IMG/VR virus record: IMGVR_UViG_2734482546_000011
Source of the DNA: a virus
Lineage: Duplodnaviria > Heunggongvirae > Uroviricota > Caudoviricetes
DNA length: 23,785 nt
Direction: 5' to 3' (one strand)
Shown here piece by piece: positions 11,450 through 20,826 of the stretch. Every line of letters starts with the position of its first letter. The stretch's first letter is position 1. The notes below the pieces were generated by a model, which saw only the letters and a list, made by a program, of their open reading frames with translations, was not told where the DNA came from and ran no database searches. The position numbers and the translations under genes were made by a program.

Positions 11450-14003
11450 ACCGGTAGGCGATCTGGTCGTTGATTTGAGTCTGGATGCGGCCAGATTTGA
11501 CGAGCAGATGGCCAGAGTCAGGCGTCATTTTTCCGGTACGGAAAGTGATGCGAAAAAAACAGCGGCAGTCGTTGAACAGTCGCTGAGCCGACAGGCGCTG
11601 GCTGCACAGAAAGCGGGGATTTCCGTCGGGCAGTATAAAGCCGCCATGCGTATGCTGCCTGCACAGTTCACCGACGTGGCCACGCAGCTTGCAGGGGGGC
11701 AGAATCCCTGGCTGATCCTGCTGCAACAGGGTGGTCAGGTTAAGGACTCCTTCGGCGGGATGATCCCCATGTTCAGGGGGCTTGCCGGCGCGATCACCCT
11801 GCCGATGGTGGGGGCCACCTCGCTGGCGGTGGCGACCGGTGCGCTGGCGTATGCCTGGTATCAGGGCAACTCAACCCTGTCCGATTTCAACAAAACGCTG
11901 GTCCTTTCCGGTAATCAGGCGGGACTGACGGCAGATCGTATGCTGGTCCTGTCCAGAGCCGGGCAGGCGGCAGGGCTGACGTTTAACCAGACCAGCGAGT
12001 CACTCAGCGCACTGGTTAAGGCGGGGGTAAGCGGTGAGGCTCAGATTGCGTCCATCAGCCAGAGTGTGGCGCGTTTCTCCTATGCATCCGGCGTGGAGGT
12101 GGACAAGGTCGCTGAAGCCTTCGGGAAGCTGACCACAGACCCGACGTCGGGGCTGACGGCGATGGCACGCCAGTTCCATAACGTGACGGCGGAGCAGATT
12201 GCGTATGTTGCTCAGTTGCAGCGTTCCGGCGATGAAGCCGGGGCATTGCAGGCGGCGAACGAGGCCGCAACGAAAGGGTTTGATGACCAGACCCGCCGCC
12301 TGAAAGAGAACATGGGCACGCTGGAGACCTGGGCAGACAGGACTGCACGTGCATTCAAATCCATGTGGGATGCGGTGCTGGATATTGGTCGTCCTGATAC
12401 CGCGCAGGAGATGCTGATTAAGGCAGAGGCTGCGTTTAAGAAAGCAGACGACATCTGGAATCTGCGCAAGGATGATTATTTCGTTAACGATGAAGCACGG
12501 GCGCGTTACTGGGATGATCGTGAAAAAAAACGCCTGGAGCGGGATGCAGCCCAAAAGAGGGTAGATCAACAGCGTCAACAGGACAAAAATGCGCAGCAGC
12601 AGAGCGATACCGAAGCGTCACGGCTGAAATATACCGAAGAGGCGCAGAAGGCTTACGAACGGCTGCAGACGCCGCTGGAGAAATATACCGCCCGTCAGGA
12701 AGAACTGAACAAGGCACTGAAAGACGGAAAAATCCTGCAGGCAGATTACAACACGCTGATGGCGGCGGCGAAAAAGGATTATGAAGCGACGCTGAAAAAG
12801 CCGAAACAGTCCGGCGTGAAGGTGTATGCGGGCGATCGTCAGGAAGACAGTGCTCATGCGGCCCTGCTGACGCTTCAGGCAGAACTCCGGACGCTGGAGA
12901 AGCATGCCGGAGCGAATGAGAAAATCAGCCAGCAGCGCCGGGATTTGTGGAAGGCAGAAAGTCAGTTCGCGGTACTGGAGGAGGCGGCACAACGTCGCCA
13001 GCTGTCCGCACAGGAGAAATCCCTGCTGGCGCATAAAGACGAGACGCTGGAGTACAAACGCCAGCTGGCTGCACTTGGTGACAAGGTTACGTATCAGGAG
13101 CACCTGAATGCGCTGGCGCAGCAGGCGGATAAATTCGCACAGCAGCAACGGGCAAAACGGGCAGCCATTGATGCGAAAAACCGGGGGCTGACTGACCGGC
13201 AGGCAGCGCGGGAAGCCACGGAACAGCGCCTGAAGGAACAGTATGGCGATAATCCTCTGGCGCTGAATAACGTCATGTCAGAGCAGAAAAAGACCTGGGC
13301 GGCTGAAGACCAGCTTCGCGGGAGCTGGATGGCAGGCCTGAAGTCCGGCTGGAGTGAGTGGGAAGAGAGCGCCACGGACAGTATGTCACAGGTTAAAAGT
13401 GCAGCCACGCAGACCTTTGATGGTATTGCACAGAATATGGCGGCGATGCTGACCGGCAGTGAACAGAACTGGCGCAGCTTCACCCGCTCCGTGCTGTCCA
13501 TGATGACAGAAATTCTGCTTAAGCAGGCAATGGTGGGGATTGTCGGGAGTATCGGCAGCGCCATTGGCGGGGCTGTTGGTGGCGGCGCATCCGCGTCAGG
13601 TGGTACAGCCATTCAGGCCGCTGCGGTGAAATTCCATTTTGCAACCGGGGGATTTACGGGAACCGGCGGCAAATATGAGCCAGCGGGGATTGTTCACCGT
13701 GGTGAATTTGTCTTCACGAAGGAGGCAACCAGCCGGATTGGCGTGGGGAATCTCTACCGGCTGATGCGCGGCTATGCGGAAGGTGGTTATGTGGGCGGTG
13801 CCGGAAGTCCGGCGCAGATGCGGCGGGCTGAAGGCATTAATTTTAATCAGAACAATCACGTGGTGATTCAGAACGACGGTACGAATGGTCTGCCAGGTCC
13901 ACAGATGATGAAGGCCGTGTATGACATGGCCCGCAAGGGTGCCCGTGATGAAATTCAGACACAGATGCGTGATGGTGGCCTGTTCTCCGGAGGTGGACGA
14001 TGA
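11442..14003 (+). CDS. H: Tail tape measure protein gpH, 853 aa
   Basis: Same length as lambda gpH and matching sequence (MAEPVGDLVVDLSLDAARFDEQMARVRRHF...). Coiled-coil-rich middle, Gly-rich C-terminal segment. 8-nt overlap with T. Confidence 0.96.
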   Translation: MAEPVGDLVVDLSLDAARFDEQMARVRRHFSGTESDAKKTAAVVEQSLSRQALAAQKAGISVGQYKAAMRMLPAQFTDVATQLAGGQNPWLILLQQGGQVKDSFGGMIPMFRGLAGAITLPMVGATSLAVATGALAYAWYQGNSTLSDFNKTLVLSGNQAGLTADRMLVLSRAGQAAGLTFNQTSESLSALVKAGVSGEAQIASISQSVARFSYASGVEVDKVAEAFGKLTTDPTSGLTAMARQFHNVTAEQIAYVAQLQRSGDEAGALQAANEAATKGFDDQTRRLKENMGTLETWADRTARAFKSMWDAVLDIGRPDTAQEMLIKAEAAFKKADDIWNLRKDDYFVNDEARARYWDDREKKRLERDAAQKRVDQQRQQDKNAQQQSDTEASRLKYTEEAQKAYERLQTPLEKYTARQEELNKALKDGKILQADYNTLMAAAKKDYEATLKKPKQSGVKVYAGDRQEDSAHAALLTLQAELRTLEKHAGANEKISQQRRDLWKAESQFAVLEEAAQRRQLSAQEKSLLAHKDETLEYKRQLAALGDKVTYQEHLNALAQQADKFAQQQRAKRAAIDAKNRGLTDRQAAREATEQRLKEQYGDNPLALNNVMSEQKKTWAAEDQLRGSWMAGLKSGWSEWEESATDSMSQVKSAATQTFDGIAQNMAAMLTGSEQNWRSFTRSVLSMMTEILLKQAMVGIVGSIGSAIGGAVGGGASASGGTAIQAAAVKFHFATGGFTGTGGKYEPAGIVHRGEFVFTKEATSRIGVGNLYRLMRGYAEGGYVGGAGSPAQMRRAEGINFNQNNHVVIQNDGTNGLPGPQMMKAVYDMARKGARDEIQTQMRDGGLFSGGGR

Positions 14004-14329
14004 AAACCTTCCGCTGGAAAGTGAAACCCGGTATGGATGTGGCTTCGGCCCCTTCTGTAAGAAAGGTGCGCTTTGGTGATGGCTATTCCCAGCGAGCGCC
14101 TGCCGGGCTGAATGCCAACCTGAAAACGTACAGCGTGACGCTTTCTGTCCCCCGTGAGGAGGCCATGGTACTGGAGTCGTTTCTGGAAGAGCACGGGGGC
14201 TGGAAAGCCTTTCTGTGGACGCCGCCTTATGAGTGGCGGCAGATAAAGGTGACCTGCGCAAAATGGTCGTCGCGGGTCAGTATGCTGCGTGTTGAGTTCA
14301 GCGCAGAGTTTGAACAGGTGGTGAACTGA
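14000..14329 (+). CDS. M: Tail tip assembly protein gpM, 109 aa
   Basis: Matches lambda gpM (MKTFRWKVKPGMDVAS...). ATGA overlap with H. Confidence 0.95.
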   Translation: MKTFRWKVKPGMDVASAPSVRKVRFGDGYSQRAPAGLNANLKTYSVTLSVPREEAMVLESFLEEHGGWKAFLWTPPYEWRQIKVTCAKWSSRVSMLRVEFSAEFEQVVN

Positions 14330-15027
14330 TGCAGGATATCCGGCAGGAAACACTGAATGAATGCACCCGTGCGGAGCAGTCGGCCAGCGTGGTGCTCTGG
14401 GAAATCGATCTGACAGAGGTCGGTGGAGAACGTTATTTTTTCTGTAATGAGCAGAACGAAAAAGGTGAGCCGGTCACCTGGCAGGGGCGACAGTATCAGC
14501 CGTATCCCATTCAGGGGAGTGGTTTTGAACTGAATGGCAAAGGCACCAGTACGCGCCCCACGCTGATGGTTTCTAACCTGTACGGTATGGTCACCGGGAT
14601 GGCGGAAGATCTACAGAGTCTGGTCGGCGGAACGGTGGTCCGGCGTAAGGTTTACGCCCGTTTTCTGGATGCGGTGAACTTCGTCAACGGAAACAGTGAC
14701 GCCGATCCGGAGCAGGAGGTGATCAGCCGCTGGCGCATTGAGCAGTGCAGCGAACTGAGCGCGGTGAGTGCCTCTTTTGTACTGTCCACGCCGACGGAAA
14801 CAGATGGCGCTGTTTTTCCGGGACGTATCATGCTGGCCAACACCTGCACCTGGACCTATCGCGGCGATGAGTGCGGTTATCACGGTCCGGCGGTCGCGGA
14901 TGAATATGACCAGCCAACGTCCGACATCACGAAGGATAAATGCAGCAAATGCCTGAGTGGCTGTAAGTTTCGCAATAACGTCGGCAACTTTGGCGGCTTC
15001 CTTTCCATTAACAAACTTTCGCAGTAA
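14329..15027 (+). CDS. L: Tail tip protein gpL, 232 aa
   Basis: Matches lambda gpL (MQDIRQETLNECTRAEQSASVVLWEIDL...). C-terminal Cys cluster (CTWTYRGDECGY...CSKCLSGC) consistent with the Fe-S site reported for gpL. TGATG overlap with M. Confidence 0.95.
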   Translation: MQDIRQETLNECTRAEQSASVVLWEIDLTEVGGERYFFCNEQNEKGEPVTWQGRQYQPYPIQGSGFELNGKGTSTRPTLMVSNLYGMVTGMAEDLQSLVGGTVVRRKVYARFLDAVNFVNGNSDADPEQEVISRWRIEQCSELSAVSASFVLSTPTETDGAVFPGRIMLANTCTWTYRGDECGYHGPAVADEYDQPTSDITKDKCSKCLSGCKFRNNVGNFGGFLSINKLSQ

Positions 15028-15032
15028 ATCCC

Positions 15033-15776
15033 ATGACAGAGACAGAATCAGCGATTCTGGCGCACGCCCGGCGATGTGCTCCAGCGGAGTCGTGCGGCTT
15101 CGTGGTAAGAACGCCGGAGGGGGAAAGATATTTCCCCTGCGTGAATATCTCCGGTGAGCCGGAGGCGTATTTCCGTATGTCGCCGGAAGACTGGCTGCAG
15201 GCAGAGATGCAGGGTGAGATTGTGGCACTGGTCCACAGCCACCCCGGTGGTCTGCCCTGGCTGAGTGAGGCCGACCGGCGGCTGCAGGTGCAGAGTGATT
15301 TGCCGTGGTGGCTGGTCTGCCGGGGGGCGATTCACAAGTTCCGCTGTGTGCCACATCTTACCGGGCGGCGCTTTGAGCACGGGGTGACGGACTGTTACAC
15401 GCTGTTCCGGGATGCTTACCATCTGGCGGGGATTGAGATGCCGGATTTTCATCGTGAGGATGACTGGTGGCGTCACGGTCAGAATCTCTATCTGGATAAT
15501 CTGGAGGCCACAGGGCTGTATCAGGTGCCGTTGTCAGCGGCGCAGCCGGGCGATGTGCTGCTGTGCTGTTTTGGTTCATCGGTGCCGAATCATGCCGCCA
15601 TTTACTGTGGTGACGGCGAGCTGCTGCACCATATTCCTGAACAACTGAGCAAACGAGAGAGGTATACCGACAAATGGCAGCGACGCACACACTCCCTCTG
15701 GCGTCACCGGGCATGGCACGCATCTGCCTTTACGGGGATTTGCAACGATTTGGCCGCCGCATCGACCTTCGTGTGA
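15033..15776 (+). CDS. K: Tail tip assembly protein gpK (JAB/MPN-type metalloprotease plus NlpC/P60-like region), 247 aa as the longest ORF; the 199-aa start traditionally annotated in lambda corresponds to the ATG at 15177
   Basis: ORF opens 6 nt after the L stop. Contains HSHPGGLPWLSEAD, a canonical HxHx7Sx2D JAMM motif, with candidate upstream Glu residues only in the extended N-terminus. A GGAGG Shine-Dalgarno precedes the internal ATG at 15177. Overlaps I by 103 nt in a different frame. Confidence 0.85.
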   Translation: MTETESAILAHARRCAPAESCGFVVRTPEGERYFPCVNISGEPEAYFRMSPEDWLQAEMQGEIVALVHSHPGGLPWLSEADRRLQVQSDLPWWLVCRGAIHKFRCVPHLTGRRFEHGVTDCYTLFRDAYHLAGIEMPDFHREDDWWRHGQNLYLDNLEATGLYQVPLSAAQPGDVLLCCFGSSVPNHAAIYCGDGELLHHIPEQLSKRERYTDKWQRRTHSLWRHRAWHASAFTGICNDLAAASTFV

Positions 15777-16345
15777 AAACGGGTGCCGAAGCCATCCGGG
15801 CGATGGCCACACAGCTCCCTGCGTTTCGTCAGAAGCTGAGCGACGGCTGGTATCAGGTGCGTATTGCCGGGCAGGATGTTAGCACGTCCGGATTAACGGC
15901 ACAGTTACATGAGGCTCTGCCTGACGGCGCTGTGATTCATATTGTTCCCAGAGTCGCCGGGGCCAAGTCAGGTGGTGTATTCCAGATTGTCCTGGGAGCA
16001 GCCGCCATTGCCGGATCATTCTTTACCGCCGGAGCCACCCTTGCAGCATGGGGGGCTGCCATTGGTGCCGGTGGTATGACCGGCATTCTGTTTTCTCTCG
16101 GTGCCAGTATGGTGCTCGGCGGTGTGGCTCAGATGCTGGCACCGAAAGCCAGAACTCCCCGCACACAGACAACGGATAACGGTAAGCAGAACACCTATTT
16201 CTCCTCACTGGATAACATGGTTGCCCAGGGCAATGTTATGCCTGTTCTGTATGGTGAAATGCGCGTGGGGTCACGTGTGGTATCTCAGGAGATCAGCACG
16301 GCAGACGAAGGGGACGGTGGTCAGGTTGTGGTGATTGGTCGCTGA
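15674..16345 (+). CDS. I: Tail tip assembly protein gpI, 223 aa
   Basis: Matches lambda gpI (MAATHTLPLASPGMARICLYGDLQRFGRRIDLRVKTGAEAIRAM...). Hydrophobic Gly/Ala-rich central segment. Confidence 0.95.
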   Translation: MAATHTLPLASPGMARICLYGDLQRFGRRIDLRVKTGAEAIRAMATQLPAFRQKLSDGWYQVRIAGQDVSTSGLTAQLHEALPDGAVIHIVPRVAGAKSGGVFQIVLGAAAIAGSFFTAGATLAAWGAAIGAGGMTGILFSLGASMVLGGVAQMLAPKARTPRTQTTDNGKQNTYFSSLDNMVAQGNVMPVLYGEMRVGSRVVSQEISTADEGDGGQVVVIGR

Positions 16346-16405
16346 TGCAAAATGTTTTATGTGAAATCGCCTCCGGGCGGTTTTATCGTTTATGGAGCAT
16401 GACGA

Positions 16406-19400
16406 ATGGGTAAAGGCAGCAGTAAGGGGCATACCCCGCGCGAAGCGAAGGACAACCTGAAGTCCACGCAGCTGCTGAGTGTGATCGATGCCATCAGCGA
16501 AGGGCCGGTTGAAGGTCCGGTGGATGGATTAAAAAGCGTGCTGCTGAACAGTACGCCGGTGCTGGACAATGAGGGGAATACCAACATCTCCGGCGTCACG
16601 GTGGTGTTCCGGGCAGGTGAGCAGGAGCAGTCACCGCCGGAGGGATTTGAATCCTCCGGCTCCGAGACGGTGCTGGGTACGGAAGTGAAATATGACACGC
16701 CGATCACCCGGACCATCACGTCGGCAAACATTGACCGACTGCGTTTTACCTTCGGTGTACAGGCACTGGTGGAAACCACCTCAAAGGGAGACAGGAATCC
16801 GTCTGAAGTTCGCCTGCTGGTTCAGATACAGCGTAACGGTGGCTGGGTGACGGAAAAAGACATCACCATTAAGGGCAAAACCACCTCGCAGTATCTGGCC
16901 TCGGTGGTGGTGGATAACCTGCCGCCGCGCCCGTTTAATATCCGGATGCGCAGAATGACGCCGGACAGCACCACAGACCAGCTGCAGAACAAAACGCTCT
17001 GGTCGTCATACACCGAAATCATCGATGTGAAACAGTGCTACCCGAACACGGCACTGGTCGGCGTACAGGTGGATTCGGAGCAGTTCGGCAGCCAGCAGGT
17101 GAGCCGTAATTATCATCTTCGCGGGCGCATTCTGCAGGTGCCGTCGAACTATAATCCGCAGACGCGGCAATACAGCGGTATCTGGGACGGAACGTTAAAA
17201 CCGGCATACAGCAACAACATGGCCTGGTGTCTGTGGGATATGCTGACCCATCCGCGCTATGGCATGGGGAAACGTCTTGGTGCGGCAGATGTGGATAAAT
17301 GGGCGCTGTATGTCATCGGCCAGTACTGTGACCAGTCGGTGCCGGACGGCTTTGGCAGCACGGAGCCGCGCATCACCTGTAATGCCTGGCTGACCACACA
17401 GCGCAAGGCGTGGGATGTGCTCAGTGATTTCTGCTCGGCGATGCGCTGTATGCCGGTATGGAACGGGCAGACGCTGACGTTCGTGCAGGACCGACAGTCG
17501 GATAAGGTGTGGGCCTATAACCGCAGTAATGTGGTGATGCCGGATGATGGCGCGCCGTTCCGCTACAGTTTCAGCGCCCTGAAAGACCGCCATAATGCCG
17601 TTGAGGTGAACTGGATTGACCCGGATAACGGCTGGGAGACGGCGACAGAGCTTGTGGAGGATACGCAGGCCATTGTCCGTTACGGTCGTAACGTCACGAA
17701 GATGGATGCCTTTGGCTGTACCAGCCGGGGGCAGGCACACCGCGCCGGGCTGTGGCTGATTAAAACGGAACTGCTGGAGACGCAGACCGTGGATTTCAGC
17801 GTGGGTGCTGAAGGGCTTCGTCATGTACCGGGCGATGTCATTGAAATCTGCGATGATGACTATGCCGGTATCCGCACCGGCGGGCGCGTGCTGGCGGTGA
17901 ACAGCCAGACCCGGACGCTGACGCTCGACCGTGAAATCACGCTGCCATCCTCCGGCACCACGCTGATAAGCCTGGTTGACGGGCAGGGGAATCCGGTCAG
18001 CGTGGAGGTCCAGTCCGTCACCGACGGCGTGAAGGTAAAAGTGAGCCGTGTTCCTGACGGTGTTGCTGAATACAGCGTGTGGGGGCTGAAGCTGCCGACG
18101 CTGCACCAGCGATTGTTCCGCTGCGTGAGNNNNNNNNNNNNNNNNNNNNNNNNNNNNNNNNNNNNNNNNNNNNNNNNNNNNNNNNNNNNNNNNNNNNNNN
18201 NNNNNNNNNNNNNNNNNNNNNNNNNNNNNNNNNNNNNNNNNNNNNNNNNNNNNNNNNNNNNNNNNNNNNNNNNNNNNNNNNNNNNNNNNNNNNNNNNNNN
18301 NNNNNNNNNNNNNNNNNNNNNNNNNNNNNNNNNNNNNNNNNNNNNNNNNNNNNNNNNNNNNNNNNNNNNNNNNNNNNNNGCTGACAGTCCGGGCAGTAAA
18401 TGCGTGGGGGCAGCAGGGCGATCCGGCGTCGGTATCGTTCCGGATTGCCGCACCGGCAGCGCTGTCGCGGATTGAGCTGACGCCGGGCTATTTTCAGATA
18501 ACCGCCACGCCGCATCTTGCGGTTTATGATCCGACGGTACAGTTTGAGTTCTGGTTCTCGGAAAAGCGGATTGCGGATATCAGGCAGGTTGAAACCACAG
18601 CACGCTATCTTGGCACGGCGCTGTACTGGATAGCCGCCAGTATCAATATCAAACCGGGCCATGATTATTACTTTTATATCCGCAGTGTGAACACCGTTGG
18701 CAAATCGGCATTCGTGGAGGCTGTTGGTCAGCCGAGTGATGATGCATCCGGTTATCTGGATTTTTTCAAAGGCGAGATAGGGAAAACCCATCTGGCTCAG
18801 GAGCTGTGGACGCAGATTGATAACGGTCAGCTTGCGCCTGACCTGGCTGAAATCAGGACGTCCATTACGGATGTCAGCAATGAAATCACGCAGACCGTCA
18901 ATAAGAAACTGGAAGACCAGAGTGCGGCAATTCAGCAGATACAGAAGGTTCAGGTTGATACAAATAATAACCTGAACAGCATGTGGGCTGTGAAGCTGCA
19001 GCAGATGCAGGACGGACGCCTTTATATCGCGGGTATTGGTGCCGGTATTGAGAACACCCCTGACGGCATGCAGAGTCAGGTGCTGCTGGCGGCGGACAGG
19101 ATTGCGATGGTTAATCCTGCGAATGGCAACACAAAACCGATGTTTGTTGGTCAGGGCGATCAGATATTCATGAACGACGTGTTCCTGAAACGCCTGACGG
19201 CCCCCACCATTACCAGCGGTGGAAATCCATCGGCATTTTCCCTGACTCCGGACGGAAAGCTGACCGCTAAAAATGCGGATATCAGTGGCAGTGTGAATGC
19301 GAACGCCGGGACGCTCAACAATGTCACGGTAAATGAAAACTGTACGATTAAGGGCATGCTGGAGGCGACTCAGGTCAGAGGTGACTTCGTTAAAGCTGTA

Positions 19401-19811
19401 TCCAAATCATTTCCGAAACAGGCTGGTACGTGGGGTAACACGGAAACACCAAACGGGACGGTTACAGTCACCATAAGCGATGATCATAACTTTGACCGCC
19501 AGATTATTATTCCGCCCATTATTTTTAACGGTATAGCGTATGACGATCCGGGGAGCGGAAATAACCCAGGAGGCACGCGATACACGGGTTATGGTTTTGA
19601 AGTTCGCAAAAACGGCGTATTAATCGCATCCAGAGAAACTAAAGGTGCCATTCCCGGTAGTTACAGTGCAGTTATTGATATGCCTAGTGGTGGTGGTAGC
19701 GTCACTCTGGAGTTTAAGATTTTCCAGAAAGGCAATCAGGGGGCAGGCAATATCACCGACTGTACGGTGATTGTGACCAAAAAAGCGGCTTCCGGCATCA
19801 GTATTCGTTGA
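16406..19811 (+). CDS. J: Central tail fibre / tail tip attachment protein gpJ (host specificity protein), interrupted by an N run at 18130-18369
   Basis: N-terminal roughly 575 aa and the segment after the gap (…[25 protein letters not shown]…[27 protein letters not shown]) match lambda J. Stop TGA at 19809-19811. Frame before the gap (start 16406) and frame after it (ending at 19811) differ, so the true length of the gap is not a multiple of 3 as represented. Confidence 0.88.
18130..18369. other. Run of 240 N (unknown or masked sequence) inside J
   Basis: Literal n characters in the sequence. Confidence 1.
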
Positions 19812-19833
19812 AATATTTATAACCCCAATAAAT

Positions 19834-19857
19834 GGCGTCAGGAATGACGCCTTTTTT
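19834..19857 (+). terminator. Rho-independent terminator downstream of J
   Basis: GGCGTCA-GGAA-TGACGCC hairpin followed by TTTTTT, 23 nt after the J stop. Confidence 0.75.
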
Positions 19858-19881
19858 ATTGCAGAAAAGCGAGAGGTAATT

Positions 19882-20762
19882 ATGCGTAAAGTTTGTGCAG
19901 CCATTTTGTCCGCAGCCATTTGCCTGGCCGTATCCGGTGCGCCTGCATGGGCGTCTGAACATCAGTCCACGCTGAGCGCGGGGTATCTTCATGCCCGGAC
20001 CAACGTTCCCGGCAGTGATGATCTGAACGGGATTAACGTGAAATACCGTTATGAGTTTACGGATACGCTGGGGCTGGTGACGTCATTCAGCTATGCAGGA
20101 GACAAGAATCGCCAGCTGACCCGTTACAGCGATACCCGCTGGCATGAAGATTCCGTGCGTAACCGCTGGTTCAGCGTGATGGCGGGGCCGTCTGTGCGCG
20201 TGAATGAATGGTTCAGCGCGTATGCGATGGCGGGTGTGGCTTACAGCCGTGTGTCGACTTTCTCCGGGGATTATCTCCGCGTAACTGACAACAAGGGGAA
20301 AACGCACGACGTGCTGACCGGAAGTGATGACGGTCGCCACAGCAACACGTCTCTGGCGTGGGGAGCTGGCGTGCAGTTTAACCCGACCGAATCCGTGGCC
20401 ATTGATATTGCTTATGAAGGCTCNNNNNNNNNNNNNNNNNNNNNNNNNNNNNNNNNNNNNNNNNNNNNNNNNNNNNNNNNNNNNNNNNNNNNNNNNNNNN
20501 NNNNNNNNNNNNNNNNNNNNNNNNNNNNNNNNNNNNNNNNNNNNNNNNNNNNNNNNNNNNNNNNNNNNNNNNNNNNNNNNNNNNNNNNNNNNNNNNNNNN
20601 NNNNNNNNNNNNNNNNNNNNNNNNNNNNNNNNNNNNNNNNNNNNNNNNNNNNNNNNNNNNNNNNNNNNNNNNNNNNNNNNNNNNNNNNNNNNNNNNNNNN
20701 NNNNNNNNNNNNNNNNNNNNNNNNNNNNNNNNNNNNNNNNNNNNNTCGGTTATAAATTCTGA
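19882..20762 (+). CDS. lom: Outer-membrane protein Lom (Ail/Lom/OmpX family beta-barrel; lysogenic-conversion moron), 3' part interrupted by an N run
   Basis: Signal peptide MRKVCAAILSAAICLAVSGAPAWA and the following 180 aa match lambda Lom. After the N run the sequence GGT TAT AAA TTC TGA (GYKF stop) matches the Lom C-terminus but in a different frame from the 5' part. GAGAGG Shine-Dalgarno at 19871-19876. Confidence 0.85.
20424..20745. other. Run of 322 N inside the 3' part of lom
   Basis: Literal n characters. Confidence 1.
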
Positions 20763-20788
20763 TTAGCCAGGTAACACAGTGTTATGAC

Positions 20789-20816
20789 AGCCCGCCGGTT
20801 CAGGCGGGCTTTTTTG
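20789..20816 (+). terminator. Rho-independent terminator downstream of lom
   Basis: AGCCCGCC-GGTTCA-GGCGGGCT hairpin followed by TTTTTT, about 27 nt after the lom stop. Confidence 0.8.
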
Positions 20817-20826
20817 TGGGGTGAAT

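Noticed and set aside
13596-14261. 221-aa ORF on the minus strand spanning the H/M junction
   Set aside because: Antisense to well-supported H and M; no independent support.
14611-15354. 247-aa ORF on the minus strand
   Set aside because: Antisense to L and K; low-complexity Pro/Ala/Arg-rich translation typical of a non-coding frame.
17195-18106. 303-aa ORF on the minus strand
   Set aside because: Antisense to the conserved N-terminal part of J; the sense frame matches lambda J, so this is a frame artefact.
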